64,000 bases of DNA. Origin: Balanoglossus misakiensis (lineage: Eukaryota > Animalia > Hemichordata). A program made the position numbers and the translations under genes. Location: the NCBI GenBank assembly GCA_040954595.2, contig CM082594.2:394208-458207 (forward strand), in the 5' to 3' direction. Under the pieces are notes generated by a model. It was not told where the DNA came from. It did not search any database and saw nothing but the letters and a program-made list of their open reading frames with translations. Shown piece by piece: positions 10,952-23,800 of this stretch. Each line of letters starts with the position of its first letter. Position 1 is the stretch's first letter.

Positions 10952-13900
10952 AAATTCGAAGAACGAAGGTTTTTTTATTTTATTTTTCTAAAAATGACAT
11001 TTTCAAGGAAAATTTGGTAAAACGCAATTTTGTCTGCAGTGAGCCAAATTAGACGGTCTTTTGTGGAATTGGTATCGATATATATATACGAAGAGCATTC
11101 TATACTCCATCAGATTTCCGAAAATGTAGAAAACAGGTATTTTTTGTAATTTTCAAAAATTTACCATTTTGACCAAATTGTGGTTAAAATTGTTATTTTC
11201 GTGTTGAATGCCGCCAGTGTCACTGCTTTTAAAAGTCATAAAAACTTTTAACATGCAAGCAATTGCTTATATATGATCAGGTCACCGAATTAAAAAAATA
11301 AAGAATGTTTTGCCTAAAAATGACCTTTTTGGTGCAAAAACGAATAAAACGCAATTTTGTATTAAATCAGCTCATTCAGAGTGCATTTTTTATAATCAGC
11401 ACCATTTTTACATATAATGGAAATTTCATACATCATCAGATATCCAAATATGAAAAAATGATTTAGATTTTAGATGATTGTCCAAAATTAGCTGATATCT
11501 AATAAATGTAGTATTGAACCGTTCTGTCCCCCCCCCCCCTACATTATATGCGGTACGCCGATGTCAGCTTACCCGGCAGTACTGCAGGCCGTGCCCCCAA
11601 ATAACGTCGGTTTTTGAAACGCCCTGGTTAAATTCGGGCTTTCTCTATAAATTGACAGGCAATAATGCAGTCCTACCCGAACAAATGTCGAGTGTTGACC
11701 CGCTGTGACTTTCCCTCTTCGGTTTGCCCGACTTAGCCAACGTCTTTGTACTAATGTGTCGGGTCTTTTGCAGAGCCAGGCCAAAGGAAATCCGACTTGA
11801 TCACCGTTGCTAACGAACGCTAGTGTCTGTCATGGTGTGCCGGGGTTTTAGTCGAGCCAGGCCGTAGGAGATCTGACTTGATCATCGTGGTCAATGTACG
11901 CGTGTTTCCGCTGTAAAGTGCCGGGGCTTCAGCTAAACCATGCCGTAGGAAATCCGGCGTAATCACCGTTGATAACTCACGCCAGTCTGTGTCATATAGA
12001 GCCAGTGCACCAGCCGAGTCACGCCGTAGGAAATCTGACTTGATCAACTTGGTCAATGTACGCCTGTTTCTGCTCTAAAGTGCCGGGGCTTTAGCTAAAC
12101 CATGCCGTAGGAAATCCGACGTAATCACCGTTGATAACTTACGCCAGTCTGTGTCATATAGAGCCGGTGCACCAGCCGAGTCACGCCGTAGGAAATCTGA
12201 CTTGATCAACGTGGTCAATGTACGCCTGTTTCTGCTCTAGAGTGCCGGGGCTTCAGCTGAGCCAGGCCGTAGGAAACCCGACGTGATTACCGTTATTAAC
12301 TTACGCCAGTCTGTGTCCTATATATAGTGCCGGGGCATCAGCCGTGCCAGGCCGAAATGTGAGTAGATCAACGTGGTCTCTGTACGCGTGTTTCTGCTCT
12401 AGAGTGTCAGGGCTTTAGCAAAGCCATGCCGTAGGAAATCTGACTTGATCAACGTTGCTAACGAACGCTAGTGTCTGTCATAGTGTGCCGGGGTTTTAGT
12501 CGAGCCAAGCCGTAGGAGATCAGACTTGATCAACGTGGTCTCTGTACGGGTGTTTCTGCTCTAGAGTGCCGGGGCTTTATCCAACCCATGCCGTAGAAAA
12601 TCTGACTTGATCACCGTTGCTAACGTACGCTAGTGTCTGTCATATTGTGACGAGATTTAGCCGAGCCAGGCCGTAGAAAAATCGACTTGTTCAACGTTAC
12701 CAGTGTGCAACTGTTTCTGCTCTAGAGTGTCTGGGTTTTAGCCCACTTATGCTGTAGGAAATCTGAGTTGATGAACGGGAATTCAATGTTAGAAAACCCG
12801 TGTGGAAAGTATCTCTACCCGTTTGAAACTAAGAAAAGAATTTATTCTTATTTATTTTTTAAAAAAGACAATTTTTCGAAAACAAGTCGAAAATGGTAAT
12901 TTTGTCTTGGGTGATTCAAATTATACCACATTTTCTGGAATTTGCAGAACTTTTTACAAGAGAACGACACTTCATGCTCCATAATATTTCCGAAAATGAA
13001 GAAAAGAGTTTATTTTTTATGATTTTTTAAAAATGTACCATTTTGTCAAAATATGACCAAAATGGCTATTTTTTCTTGAATTCCGTCAATATCTCTGCAT
13101 TTTTGGAGTGGTGGAAAGTTTTAACATACAATCAACATGTCATATATGATCAGGGCACCAAATTCGAAGAACGAAGGTTTTTTTATTTTATTTTTCTAAA
13201 AATGACATTTTCAAGGAAAATTTGGTAAAACGCAATTTTGTCTGCAGTAAGCCAAATTAGACCGTCTTTTGTGGAATTTGTATCGATATATATATACGAA
13301 GAGCATTCTATACTCCATCAGATTTCCGAAAATGTAGAAAACAGGTATTTTTTGTAATTTTCAAAAATTTACCATTTTGACCAAATTGTGGTTAAAATTG
13401 TTATTTTCGTGTTGAATGCCGCCAGTGTCACTGCTTTTAAAAGTCATAAAAACTTTTAACATGCAAGCAATTGCTTATATATGATCAGGCCACCGAATTA
13501 AAAAAATAAAGAATGTTTTGCCTAAAAATGACCTTTTTGGTGCAAAAACGAATAAAACGCAATTTTTGTATTAAATCAGCTCATTCAGAGTGCATTTTTT
13601 ATAATCAGCACCATTTTTACATATATTGGAAATTTCATACATCATCAGATATCCAAATATGAAAAAATGATTTAGATTTTAGATGATTGTCCAAAATTAG
13701 CTGATATCTAATAAATGTAGTATTGAACCGTTCTGTCCCCCCCCCCCCTACATTATATGCGGTACGCCGATGTCAGCTTACCCGGCAGTACTGCAGGCCG
13801 TGCCCCCAAATAACGTCGGTGTTTGAAACGCCCTGGTTAAATTCGGGCTTTCTCTATAAATTGACAGGCAATAATGCAGTCCTACCCGAACAAATGTCGA

Positions 13901-13959
13901 GTGTTGACCCGCTGTGACTTTCCCTCTTCGGTTTGCCCGACTTAGCCAACGTCTTTGTA

Positions 13960-14830
13960 CTAATGTGTCGGGTCTTTTGCAGAGCCAGGCCAAAGGAAAT
14001 CCGACTTGATCACCGTTGCTAACGAACGCTAGTGTCTGTCATGGTGTGCCGGGGTTTTAGTCGAGCCAGGCCGTAGGAGATCTGACTTGATCATCGTGGT
14101 CAATGTACGCGTGTTTCCGCTCTGAAGTGCCGGGGCTTCAGCTAAACCATGCCGTAGGAAATCCGACGTAATCCCCGTTGATAACTTACGCCAGTCTGTG
14201 TCATATAGAGCCGGTGCACCAGCCGAGTCACGCCGTAGGAAATCTGACTTGATCAACGTGGTCAATGTACGCCTGTTTCTGCTCTAGAGTGCCGGGGCTT
14301 CAGCTGAGCCAGGCCGTAGGAAACCCGACGTGATTACCGTTGTTAACTTACGCCAGTCTGTGTCCTATATATAGTGCCGGGGCATCAGCCGTGCCAGGCC
14401 GAAGGAAATGTGAGTAGATCAACGTGGTCTCTGTACGCGTGTTTCTGCTCTAGAGTGCCAGGGCTTTAGCCAAGCCATGCCGTAGGAAATCTGACTTGAT
14501 CAACGTTGCTAACGAACGCTAGTGTCTGTCATAGTGTGCCGGGGTTTTAGTCGAGCCAAGCCGTAGGAGATCAGACTTGATCAACGTGGTCTCTGTACGC
14601 GTGTTTCTGCTCTAGAGTGCCGGGGCTTTATCCGAGCTATGCCGTAGAAAATCTGACTTGATCACCGTTGCTAACTTACGCTAGTGTCTGTCATATTGTG
14701 ACGGAGATTTAGCCGAGCCAGGCCGTAGAAAAATCGACTTTTTCAACGTTACCAGTGTGCAACTGTTTCTGCTCTAGAGTGTCAGGGTTTTAGCCGACTT
14801 GTGCTGTAGGAAATCTGAGTTGATGAACGG
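13960..14830 (+). repeat. 81-bp GC-rich subrepeat block (example; one per monomer), alternating A/B types forming a 162-bp dimer
   Basis: Anchor gccgtagga-like motif at 13989, 14070, 14151, 14232, 14313, 14398, 14479, 14560, 14641, 14722, 14803: spacing 81, once 85. Confidence 0.95.
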
Positions 14831-14869
14831 GAATTCAATGTTAGAAAACCCGTGTGTAAAGTATCTCTA

Positions 14870-15760
14870 CCCGTTTGAAACTAAGAAAAGAATTTATTCT
14901 TATTTATTTTGTAAAACAAGACAATTTTTCGAAAAAAAGTCGAAAATGGTAATTTTGTCTTGGGTCATTCAAATTATACCGCCTTTTCTGGAATTTGCAG
15001 CACTTTTTACAAGAGAACGACACTTCATGCTCCATAATATTTCCGAAAATGAAGAAAAGAGTTAATTTTTTATGATTTTTTAAAAAATTACCATTTTTGT
15101 CAAAATATGGCCAAAATGGCTATTTTTTCTTGAATTCCGTCAATATCTCTACATTTTTGGAGTGGTCGAAAGTTTTAACATACAATCAACATGTCATATA
15201 TGATCAGGGCACCAAATTCGAAGAACAAAGTTTTTTTTAGTTTTTTTTCTAAAAATGACATTTTCAAGGAACATTTGGTAAAACGCAATTTTGTCTGCAG
15301 TGAGCCAAATTAGATTGTCTTTTGTGGAATTTGTATCGATATATACATACGAAGAGCATTCTATACTCCATCAGATTTCCGAAAATGTAGAAAACAGGTA
15401 TTTTTTGTAATTTTCAAAAATTTACCATTTTGACTAAATTATGGCTAAAATTGTTATTTTCGTATTGAATGCCGCCAGTGTCACTGCTTTTAAAAGTCAT
15501 AAAAACTTTTAACATACAAGCAATTGTTTATATATGATCAGGTCACCGAATTAAAAAAAATAAAGAATGTTTGGCCTAAAAATGACCTTTTTGGTGCAAA
15601 AACGAATAAAACGCAATTTTGTATTAAATAACCTCATTCAGAGTGCATTTTTTTATAATCAGCACCATTTTTACATATAATGGAAATTTCATACATCACC
15701 AGATATCCAAATATGAAAAAATGATTTAGATTTTAGATGATTGTCCAAAATTAGCTGATA
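14870..15760 (+). repeat. AT-rich block made of ~2.7 diverged copies of a ~335-bp unit (example; one per monomer)
   Basis: ttccgaaaatg at 15041 and 15377; tgatcagg at 15201 and 15535; aaacgcaattttgt at 15281 and 15609 with a diverged copy near 14943. Confidence 0.85.
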
Positions 15761-18454
15761 TCTAATAAATGTAGTATTGAACCGTTCTGTTCCCCCCCCC
15801 CCCCTCCCCTACATTATATGCGGTACGCCGATGTCAGCTTACCCGGCAGTACTGCAGGCCGTGCCCCCACCTAACGTCGGTGTTTGAAACGCCCTGGTTA
15901 AATTCGGGCTTTCTCTATAAATTGACAGGCAATAATGCAGTCCTACCCGAACAAATGTCGAGTGTTGACACGCTGTGACTTTCCCTCTTCGGTTTGCCCG
16001 ACTTAGCCGACGTCTTTGTACTAGAGTGTCGGGTCTTTTGCAGAGCCAGGCCGAAGGAAATCCGACTTGATCACCGTTGCTAACGAACGCTAGTGTCTGT
16101 CATGGTGTGCCGGGGTTTTAGTCGAGCCAGGCCGTAGGAGATCTGACTTGATCTTCGTGGTCAATGTACGCGTGTTTCCGCTCTAAAGTGCCGGGGCTTC
16201 AGCTAAACCAGGCCGTAGGAAATCCGACGTAATCACCGTTGATAACTTACGCCAGTCTGTGTCATATAGAGCCGGTGCACCAGCCGAGTCACGCCGTAGG
16301 AAATCTGACTTGATCAACGTGGTCAATGTACGCCTGTTTCTGCTCTAGAGTGCCGGGGCTTCAGCTGAGCCAGGCCGTAGGAAACCCGACGTGATTACAG
16401 TTGTTAACTTACGCCAGTCTGTGTCCTATATATAGTGCCGGGGCATCAGCCGTGCCAGGCCGAAGGAAATGTGAGTAGATCAACGTGGTCTCTGTACGCG
16501 TGTTTCTGCTCTAGAGTGTCAGGGCTTTAGCAAAGCCATGCCGTAGGAAATCTGACTTGATCAACGTTGCTAACGAACGCTAGTGTCTGTCATAGTGTGC
16601 CGGGGTTTTAGTCGAGCCAAGCCGTAGGAGATCAGACTTGATCAACGTGGTCTCTGTACGCGTGTTTCTGCTCTTGAGTGCCGGGGCTTTATCCAAGCCA
16701 TGCCGTAGAAAATCTGACTTGATCACCGTTGCTAACGTACGCTAGTGTCTGTCATATTGTGACGGAGATTTAGCCGAGCCAGGCCGTAAAAAATCGACTT
16801 GTTCAACGTTACCAGTGTGCAACTGTTTCTGCTCTAGAGTGTCAGGGTTTTAGCTGACTTATGCTGTAGGAAATCTGAGTTGATGAACGGGAATTCAATG
16901 TTAGAAAACCCGTGTGGAAAGTATCTCTTCCCGTTTGAAACTAAGAAAAGAATTTATTCTTATTTATTTTGTTAAAAAGACAATTTTTCGAAAAAAAGTC
17001 GAAAATGGTAATTTTGTCTTGGGTGATTCAAATTATACCACCTTTTCTGGAATTTGCAGCACTTTTTACAAGAGAACGACACTTCATGCTCCATAATATT
17101 TCCGAAAATGAAGAAAATAGTTAATGTTTTATGATTTTTTAAAAATTTACCATTTTTGTCAAAATATGGCCAAAATGACTATTTTTTCTTGAATTCCGTC
17201 AATATCTCTGCATTTTTGGAGTGGTCGAAAGTTTTAACATACAATCAACATGTCATATATGATCAGGGCACCACATTTGAAGAACAAAGGTTTTTTTATT
17301 TTTTTTTCTAAAAATGACATTTTAAAGGAAAATTTGGTAAAACGCAATTTTGTCTGCAGTGAGCCAAATTAGACGGTCTTTTGTGGAATTTGTATCGATA
17401 TATACATACGAAGAGCATTCTATACTCCATCAGATTTCCAAAAATGTAGAAAACAGGTATTTTTTGTAATTTTCAAAAATTTACCATTTTGACCAAATTG
17501 TGGCTAAAATTGTTATTTTCGTGTTGAATGCCGCCAGTGTCACTGCTTTTAAAAGTCATAAAAACTTTTAACATACAAGCAATTGTTTATATATGATCAG
17601 GTCACCGAATTAAAAAAATAAAGAATGTTTTGCCTAAAAATGACCTTTTAGGTGCAAAAACGAATAAAACGTAATTTTGTATTAAATCAGTTCATTCAGA
17701 GTGCATTTTTTATAATCAGCACCATTTTTACATATAATGGAAATTTCATACATCATCAGATATCCAAATATGAAAAAATGATTTAGATTTTAGATGATTG
17801 TCCAAAATTAGCTGATATCTAATAAATGTAGTATTGAACCGTTCTGTTCCCCCCCCCCCCCTATATTATATGCGGTACGCCGATGTCAGCTTACCCGGCA
17901 GTACTGCAGGCCGTGCCCCCAACTAACGTCGGTGTTTGTAACGCCCTGGTTAAATTCGGGCTTTCTCTATAAATTGACAGGCAATAATGCAGTCCTACCC
18001 GAACAAATGTCGAGTGTTGACACGCTGTGGCTTTCCCTCTTCGGTTTGCCCGACTTAGCCAAGAGTGTCGGGTCTTTTGCAGAGCCAGGCCGAAGGAAAT
18101 CCGACTTGATCACCGTTGCTAACGAACGCTAGTGTCTGTCATGGTGTGCCGGGGTTTTAGTCGAGCCAGGCCGTAGGAGATCTGCCTTGATCATCGTGGT
18201 CAATGTACGCCTGTTTCCGCTCTAAAGTGCCGGGGCTTCAGCTAAACCAGGCCGTAGGAAATCCGACGTAATCACCGTTGATAACTTACGCCAGTCTGTG
18301 TCATATAGAGCCGGTTCACCAGCCGTGCCAGGCCGAAGGAAATGTTAGTCGATCAACGTGGTCTCTGTACGCGTGTTTCTGCTCTAGAGTGTCAGGGCTT
18401 TAGCAAAGCCATGCCGTAGGAAATCTGACTTGATCAACGTTGCTAACGAACGCT

Positions 18455-18641
18455 CAATATTTTTAAGCGTAATTTGAAAACATACCTTTTTACTCGGTTT
18501 TATGTGTAACGTGTTCGATTGTGTCCTTTTAACTATTTTTACCAGCCTTGTATTTTTTAATCTACTGTTTTAGCTGTGCACAATGCGCTGAGACGTATGT
18601 GTAGCGCATTTTAAACAATTCTTAATAATAATAATAATAAT
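18455..18641 (+). mobile_element. 5'-truncated L2-clade LINE 3' end, 187 bp (copy 2)
   Basis: Starts with the ORF2 C-terminus NIFKRNLKTYLFTRFYV* (FKxxLKTxLF motif typical of L2); 3' stem-loop AATGCGCT...AGCGCATT; (AAT)n tail; TSD AACGCT at 18449-18454 and 18642-18647; other monomers show the empty site. Confidence 0.87.
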
Positions 18642-20709
18642 AACGCTAGTGTCTGTCATAGTGTGCCGGGGTTTTAGTCAAGCCAAGCCGTAGGAGATCA
18701 GACTACATCAACGTGGTCTCTGTACGCGTGTTTCTGCTCTAGAGTGCCGGGGCTTTATCAAACCCATGCCGTTGAAAATCTGACTTGATCACCGTTGCTA
18801 ACGTACGCTAGTGTCTGTCATATTGTGACGAGATTTAGCCGAGCCAGGCCGTAGAAAAATCGACTTGTTCAATGTTATCAGTGTGCAACTGTTTCTGCTC
18901 TAGAGTGTCAGGGTTTTAGCCGACTTATGCTGTAGGAAATCTGAGTTGATGAACGGGAATTCAATGTTAGAAAACCCGTGTGGAAAGTATCTCTACCCGT
19001 TTGAAACTAAGAAAAGAATTTATTCTTATTTATTTTTTAAAAAAGACAATTTTTCGAAAACAAGTCGAAAATGGTAATTTTGTCTTGGGTGATTCAAATT
19101 ATACCACATTTTCTGGAATTTGCAGCACTTTTTACAAGAGAACGACACTTCATGCTCCATAATATTTCCGAAAATGAAGAAAAGAGTTTATTTTTTATGA
19201 TTTTTTAAAAATGTACCATTTTGTCAAAATATGACCAAAATGGCTATTTTTTCTTGAATTCCGTCAATATCTCTGCATTTTTGGAGTGGTGGAAAGTTTT
19301 AACATACAATCAACATGTCATATATGATCAGGGCACCAAATTCGAAGAACAAAGTTTTTTTTAGTTTTTTTTCTAAAAATGACATTTTCAAGGAACATTT
19401 GGTAAAACGCAATTTTGTCTGCAGTGAGCCAAATTAGATTGTCTTTTGTGGAATTTGTATCGATATATACATACGAAGAGCATTCTATACTCCATCAGAT
19501 TTCCGAAAATGTAGAAAACAGGTATTTTTTGTAATTTTCAAAAATTTACCATTTTGACCAAATTATGGCTAAAATTGTTATTTTCGTGTTGAATGCCGCC
19601 AGTGTCACTGCTTTTAAAAGTCATAAAAACTTTTAACATACAAGCAATTGTTTATATATGATCAGGTCACCGAATTAAAAAAAAATAAAGAATGTTTGGC
19701 CTAAAAATGACCTTTTTGGTGCAAAAACGAATACATTGTAAAACGCAATTTTGTATTAAATAACCTCATTCAGAGTGCATTTTTTTATAATCAGCACCAT
19801 TTTTACATATAATGGAAATTTCATACATCACCAGATATCCAAATATGAAAAAATGATTTAGATTTTAGATGATTGTCCAAAATTAGCTGATATCTAATAA
19901 ATGTAGTATTGAACCGTTCTGTCCCCCCCCCCTCCCCTACATTATATGCGGTACGCCGATGTCAGCTTACCCGGCAGTACTGCAGGCCGTGCCCCCACCT
20001 AACGTCGGTGTTTGAAACGCTCTGGTTAAATTCGGGCTTTCTCTATAAATTGACAGGCAATAATGCAGTCCTACCCGAACAAATGTCGAGTGTTGACCCG
20101 CTGTGACTTTCCCTCTTCGGTTTGCCCGACTTAGCCAACGTCTTTGTACTAATGTGTCGGGTCTTTTGCAGAGCCAGGCCGAAGGAAATCCGACTTGATC
20201 ACCGTTGCTAACGAACGCTAGTGTCTGTCATGGTGTGCCGGGGTTTTAGAAGAGCCAGGCCGTAGGAGATCTGACTTGATCATCGTGGTCAATGTACGCG
20301 TGTTTCCGCTCTAAAGTGCCGGGGCTTCAGCTAAACCATGCCGTAGGAAATCCGACGTAATCACCGTTGATAACTTACGCCAGTCTGTGTCATATAGAGC
20401 CGGTGCACCAGCCGAATCACGCCGTAGGAAATCTGACTTGATCAACGTGGTCAATGTACGCCTGTTTCTGCTCTAGAGTGCCGGGACTTCAGCTGAGCCA
20501 GGCCGTAGGAAACCCGACGTGATTACCGTTGTTAACTTACGCCAGTCTGTGTCCTATATATAGTGCCGGGGCATCAGCCGTGCCAGGCCGAAGGAAATGT
20601 TAGTCGATCAACGTGGTCTCTGTACGCGTGTTTCTGCTCTAGAGTGTCAGGGCTTTAGCAAAGCCATGCCGTAGGAAATCTGACTTGATCAACGTTGCTA
20701 ACGAACGCT

Positions 20710-20896
20710 CAATATTTTTAAGCGTAATTTGAAAACATACCTTTTTACTCGGTTTTATGTGTAACGTGTTCGATTGTGTCCTTTTAACTATTTTTACCAG
20801 CCTTGTATTTTTTAATCTACTGTTTTAGCTGTGCACAATGCGCTGAGACGTATGTGTAGCGCATTTTAAACAATTCTTAATAATAATAATAATAAT
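20710..20896 (+). mobile_element. 5'-truncated L2-clade LINE 3' end, 187 bp (copy 3)
   Basis: Same sequence, same insertion site and same AACGCT TSD as copy 2. Confidence 0.87.
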
Positions 20897-23800
20897 AACG
20901 CTAGTGTCTGTCATAGTGTGCCGGGGTTTTAGTCGAGCCAAGCCGTAGGAGATCAGACTTCATCAACGTGGTCTATGTACGCGTGTTTCTGCTCTAGAGT
21001 GCCGGGGCTTTATCCAAGCCATGCCGTAGAAAATCTGACTTGATCACCGTTGCTAACGTACGCTAGTGTCTGTCATATTGTGACGGAGATTTAGCCGAGC
21101 CAGGCCGTAGAAAAATCGACTTGTTCAACGTTACCAGCAACTGTTTCTGCTCTAGAGTGTCAGGGTTTTAGCTGACTTATGCTGTAGGAAATCTGAGTTG
21201 ATGAACGGGAATTCAATGTTAGAAAACCCGTGTGGAAAGTATCTCTTCCCGTTTGAAACTAAGAAAAGAATGTATTCTTATTTATTTTGTTAAAAAGACA
21301 ATTTTTCGAAAAAAAGTCGAAAATGGTAATTTTGTCTTGGGTGATTCAAATTATACCACCTTTTCTGGAATTTGCAGCACTTTTTACAAGAGAACACACT
21401 TCATGCTCCATAATATTTCCGAAAATGAAGAAAATAGTTAATGTTTTATGATTTTTTAAAAATTTACCATTTTTGTCAAAATATGGCCAAAATGGCTATT
21501 TTTTCTTGAATTCCGTCAATATCTCTGCATTTTTGGAGTGGTCGAAAGTTTTAACATACAATCAACATGTCATATATGATCAGGGCACCACATTTGAAGA
21601 ACAAAGGTTTTTTTATTTTTTTTTCTAAAAATGACATTTTAAAGGAAAATTTGGGAAAACGCAATTTTGTCTGCAGTGAGCCAAATTAGACGGTCTTTTG
21701 TGGAATTTGTATCGATATATACATACGAAGAGCATTCTATACTCCATCAGATTTCCAAAAATGTAGAAAACAGGTATTTTTTGTAATTTTCAAAAATTTA
21801 CCATTTTGACCAAATTGTGGCTAAAATTGTTATTTTCGTGTTGAATGCCGCCAGTGTCACTGCTTTTAAAAGTCATAAAAACTTTTAACATACAAGCAAT
21901 TGTTTATATATGATCAGGTCACCGAATTAAAAAAATAAAGAATGTTTTGCCTAAAAATGACCTTTTTGGTGCAAAAACGAATAAAACGCAATTTTGTATT
22001 AAATCAGCTCATTCAGAGTGCATTTTTATAATCAGCACCATTTTTACATATAATGGAAATTTCATACATCATCAGATATCCAAATATGAAAAGATGATTT
22101 AGATTTTAGATGATTGTCCAAAATTAGCTGATATCTGCTAAATGTAGTATTGAACCGTTCTGTTTCTCCCCCCCCCCCCCTACATTATATGCGGTACGCC
22201 GATGTCACCTTACCCGGCAGTACTGCAGGCCGTGCCCCCAACTAACGTCGGTGTTTGAAGCGCCCTGGTTAAATTCGGGCTTTCTCTATAAATTAACAGG
22301 CAATAATGCAGTCCTACCCGAACAAATGTCGAGTGTTGACCCGCTGTGACTTTCCCTCTTCGGTTTGCCCGACTTAGCCAACGTCTTTGTACTAGAGGGT
22401 CGGGTCTTTTGCCGAGCCAGGCCGAAGGAAATCCGACTTGATCACCGTTGCTAACGAACGCTAGTGTCTGTCATGGTGTGCCGGGGTTTTAGTCGAACCA
22501 GGCCGTAGGAAATCTGACTTGATCAACGTGGTCAATGTACGCCTGTTTCTGCTCTAGAGTGCCGGGGCTTCAGCTGATCCAGGCCGTAGGAAACCCGACG
22601 TGATTACCGTTGTTAACTTACGCCAGTCTGTGTCCTATATATAGTGCGGGGCATCAGCCGTGCCAGGCCTAAGGAAATGTGAGTAGATCAATGTGGTCTC
22701 TGTACGCGTGTTTCTGCTCTAGAATGCCAGGGCTTTAGCCAAGCCATGCCGTAGGAAATCTGACTTGATCAACGTTGCTAACGAACGCTAGTGTCTGTCA
22801 TAGTGTGCCGGGGTTTTAGTCGAGCCAAGCCGTAGGAGATCTGACTTGATCATCGTGGTCAATGTACGCGTGTTTCCGCTCTAAAGTGCCGGGGCTTGAG
22901 CTAAACCAGGCCGTAGGAAATCCGACGTAATCACCGTTGATAACTTACGCCAGTCTGTGTCATATAGAGCCGGTGCACCAGCGGAGTCACGCCGTAGGAC
23001 ATCTGACTTGATCAACGTGGTCAATGTACGCCTGTTTCTGCTCTAGAGTGCCGGGGCTTCAGCTGAGCCAGGCCGTAGGAAACCCGACGTGATTACCGTT
23101 GTTAACTTACGCCAGTCTGTGTCCTCTATATAGTGCCGGGGCATCAGCTGTGCCAGGCCGAAGGAAATGGGAGTAGATCAACGTGGTCTCTGCACGCGTG
23201 TTTCTGCTCTAGAGTGCCAGGGCTTTAGCCAAGCCATGCCGTAGGAAATCTGACTTGATCAACGTTGCTAACGAACGCTAGTGTCTGTCATAGTGTGCCG
23301 GGGTTTTAGTCAAACCAAGCCGTAGGAGATCAGACTTGATCAACGTGGTCTCTGTACGCGTGTTTCTGCTCTAGAGTGCCGGGGCTTTATCCCAGCCATG
23401 CCGTAGAAAATCTGACTTGATCACCGTTGCTAACGTGCGCTAGTGTCTGTCATATTGTGACGGAGATTTAGCCGAGCCAGGCCGTAGAAAAATCGACTTG
23501 TTCAACGTTACCAGTGTGCAACTGTTTCTGCTCTAGAGTGTCAGGGTTTTAGCCGACTTATGCTGTAGGAAATCTGAGTTGATGAATTGGAATTCAATGT
23601 TAAAAAACCTGTGTGGAAAGTGTCTCTACCCTTTTGAAACTAAGAAAATAATTTATTCTTATTTATTTTGTAAAAATCACAATTTTTCGAAAAAAAGTCG
23701 AAAATGGTAATTTTGTCATGGGTGATTCAAATTATACCGCCTTTTCTGGAATTTGCAGCACTTTTTACAAGAGAACGACACTTCATGCTCCATAATATTT

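Noticed and set aside
13700-13960. Monomer as a tandem Helitron/Helentron or MITE
   Set aside because: I could not find a convincing 3' hairpin plus CTRR end, subterminal inverted repeats or TIRs. It remains only a possibility.
13960-14830. 81-bp repeats as a CRISPR array or a 27-aa repeat protein
   Set aside because: The whole unit repeats with no unique spacers, the context is eukaryotic with no cas genes, and in-frame stops recur.
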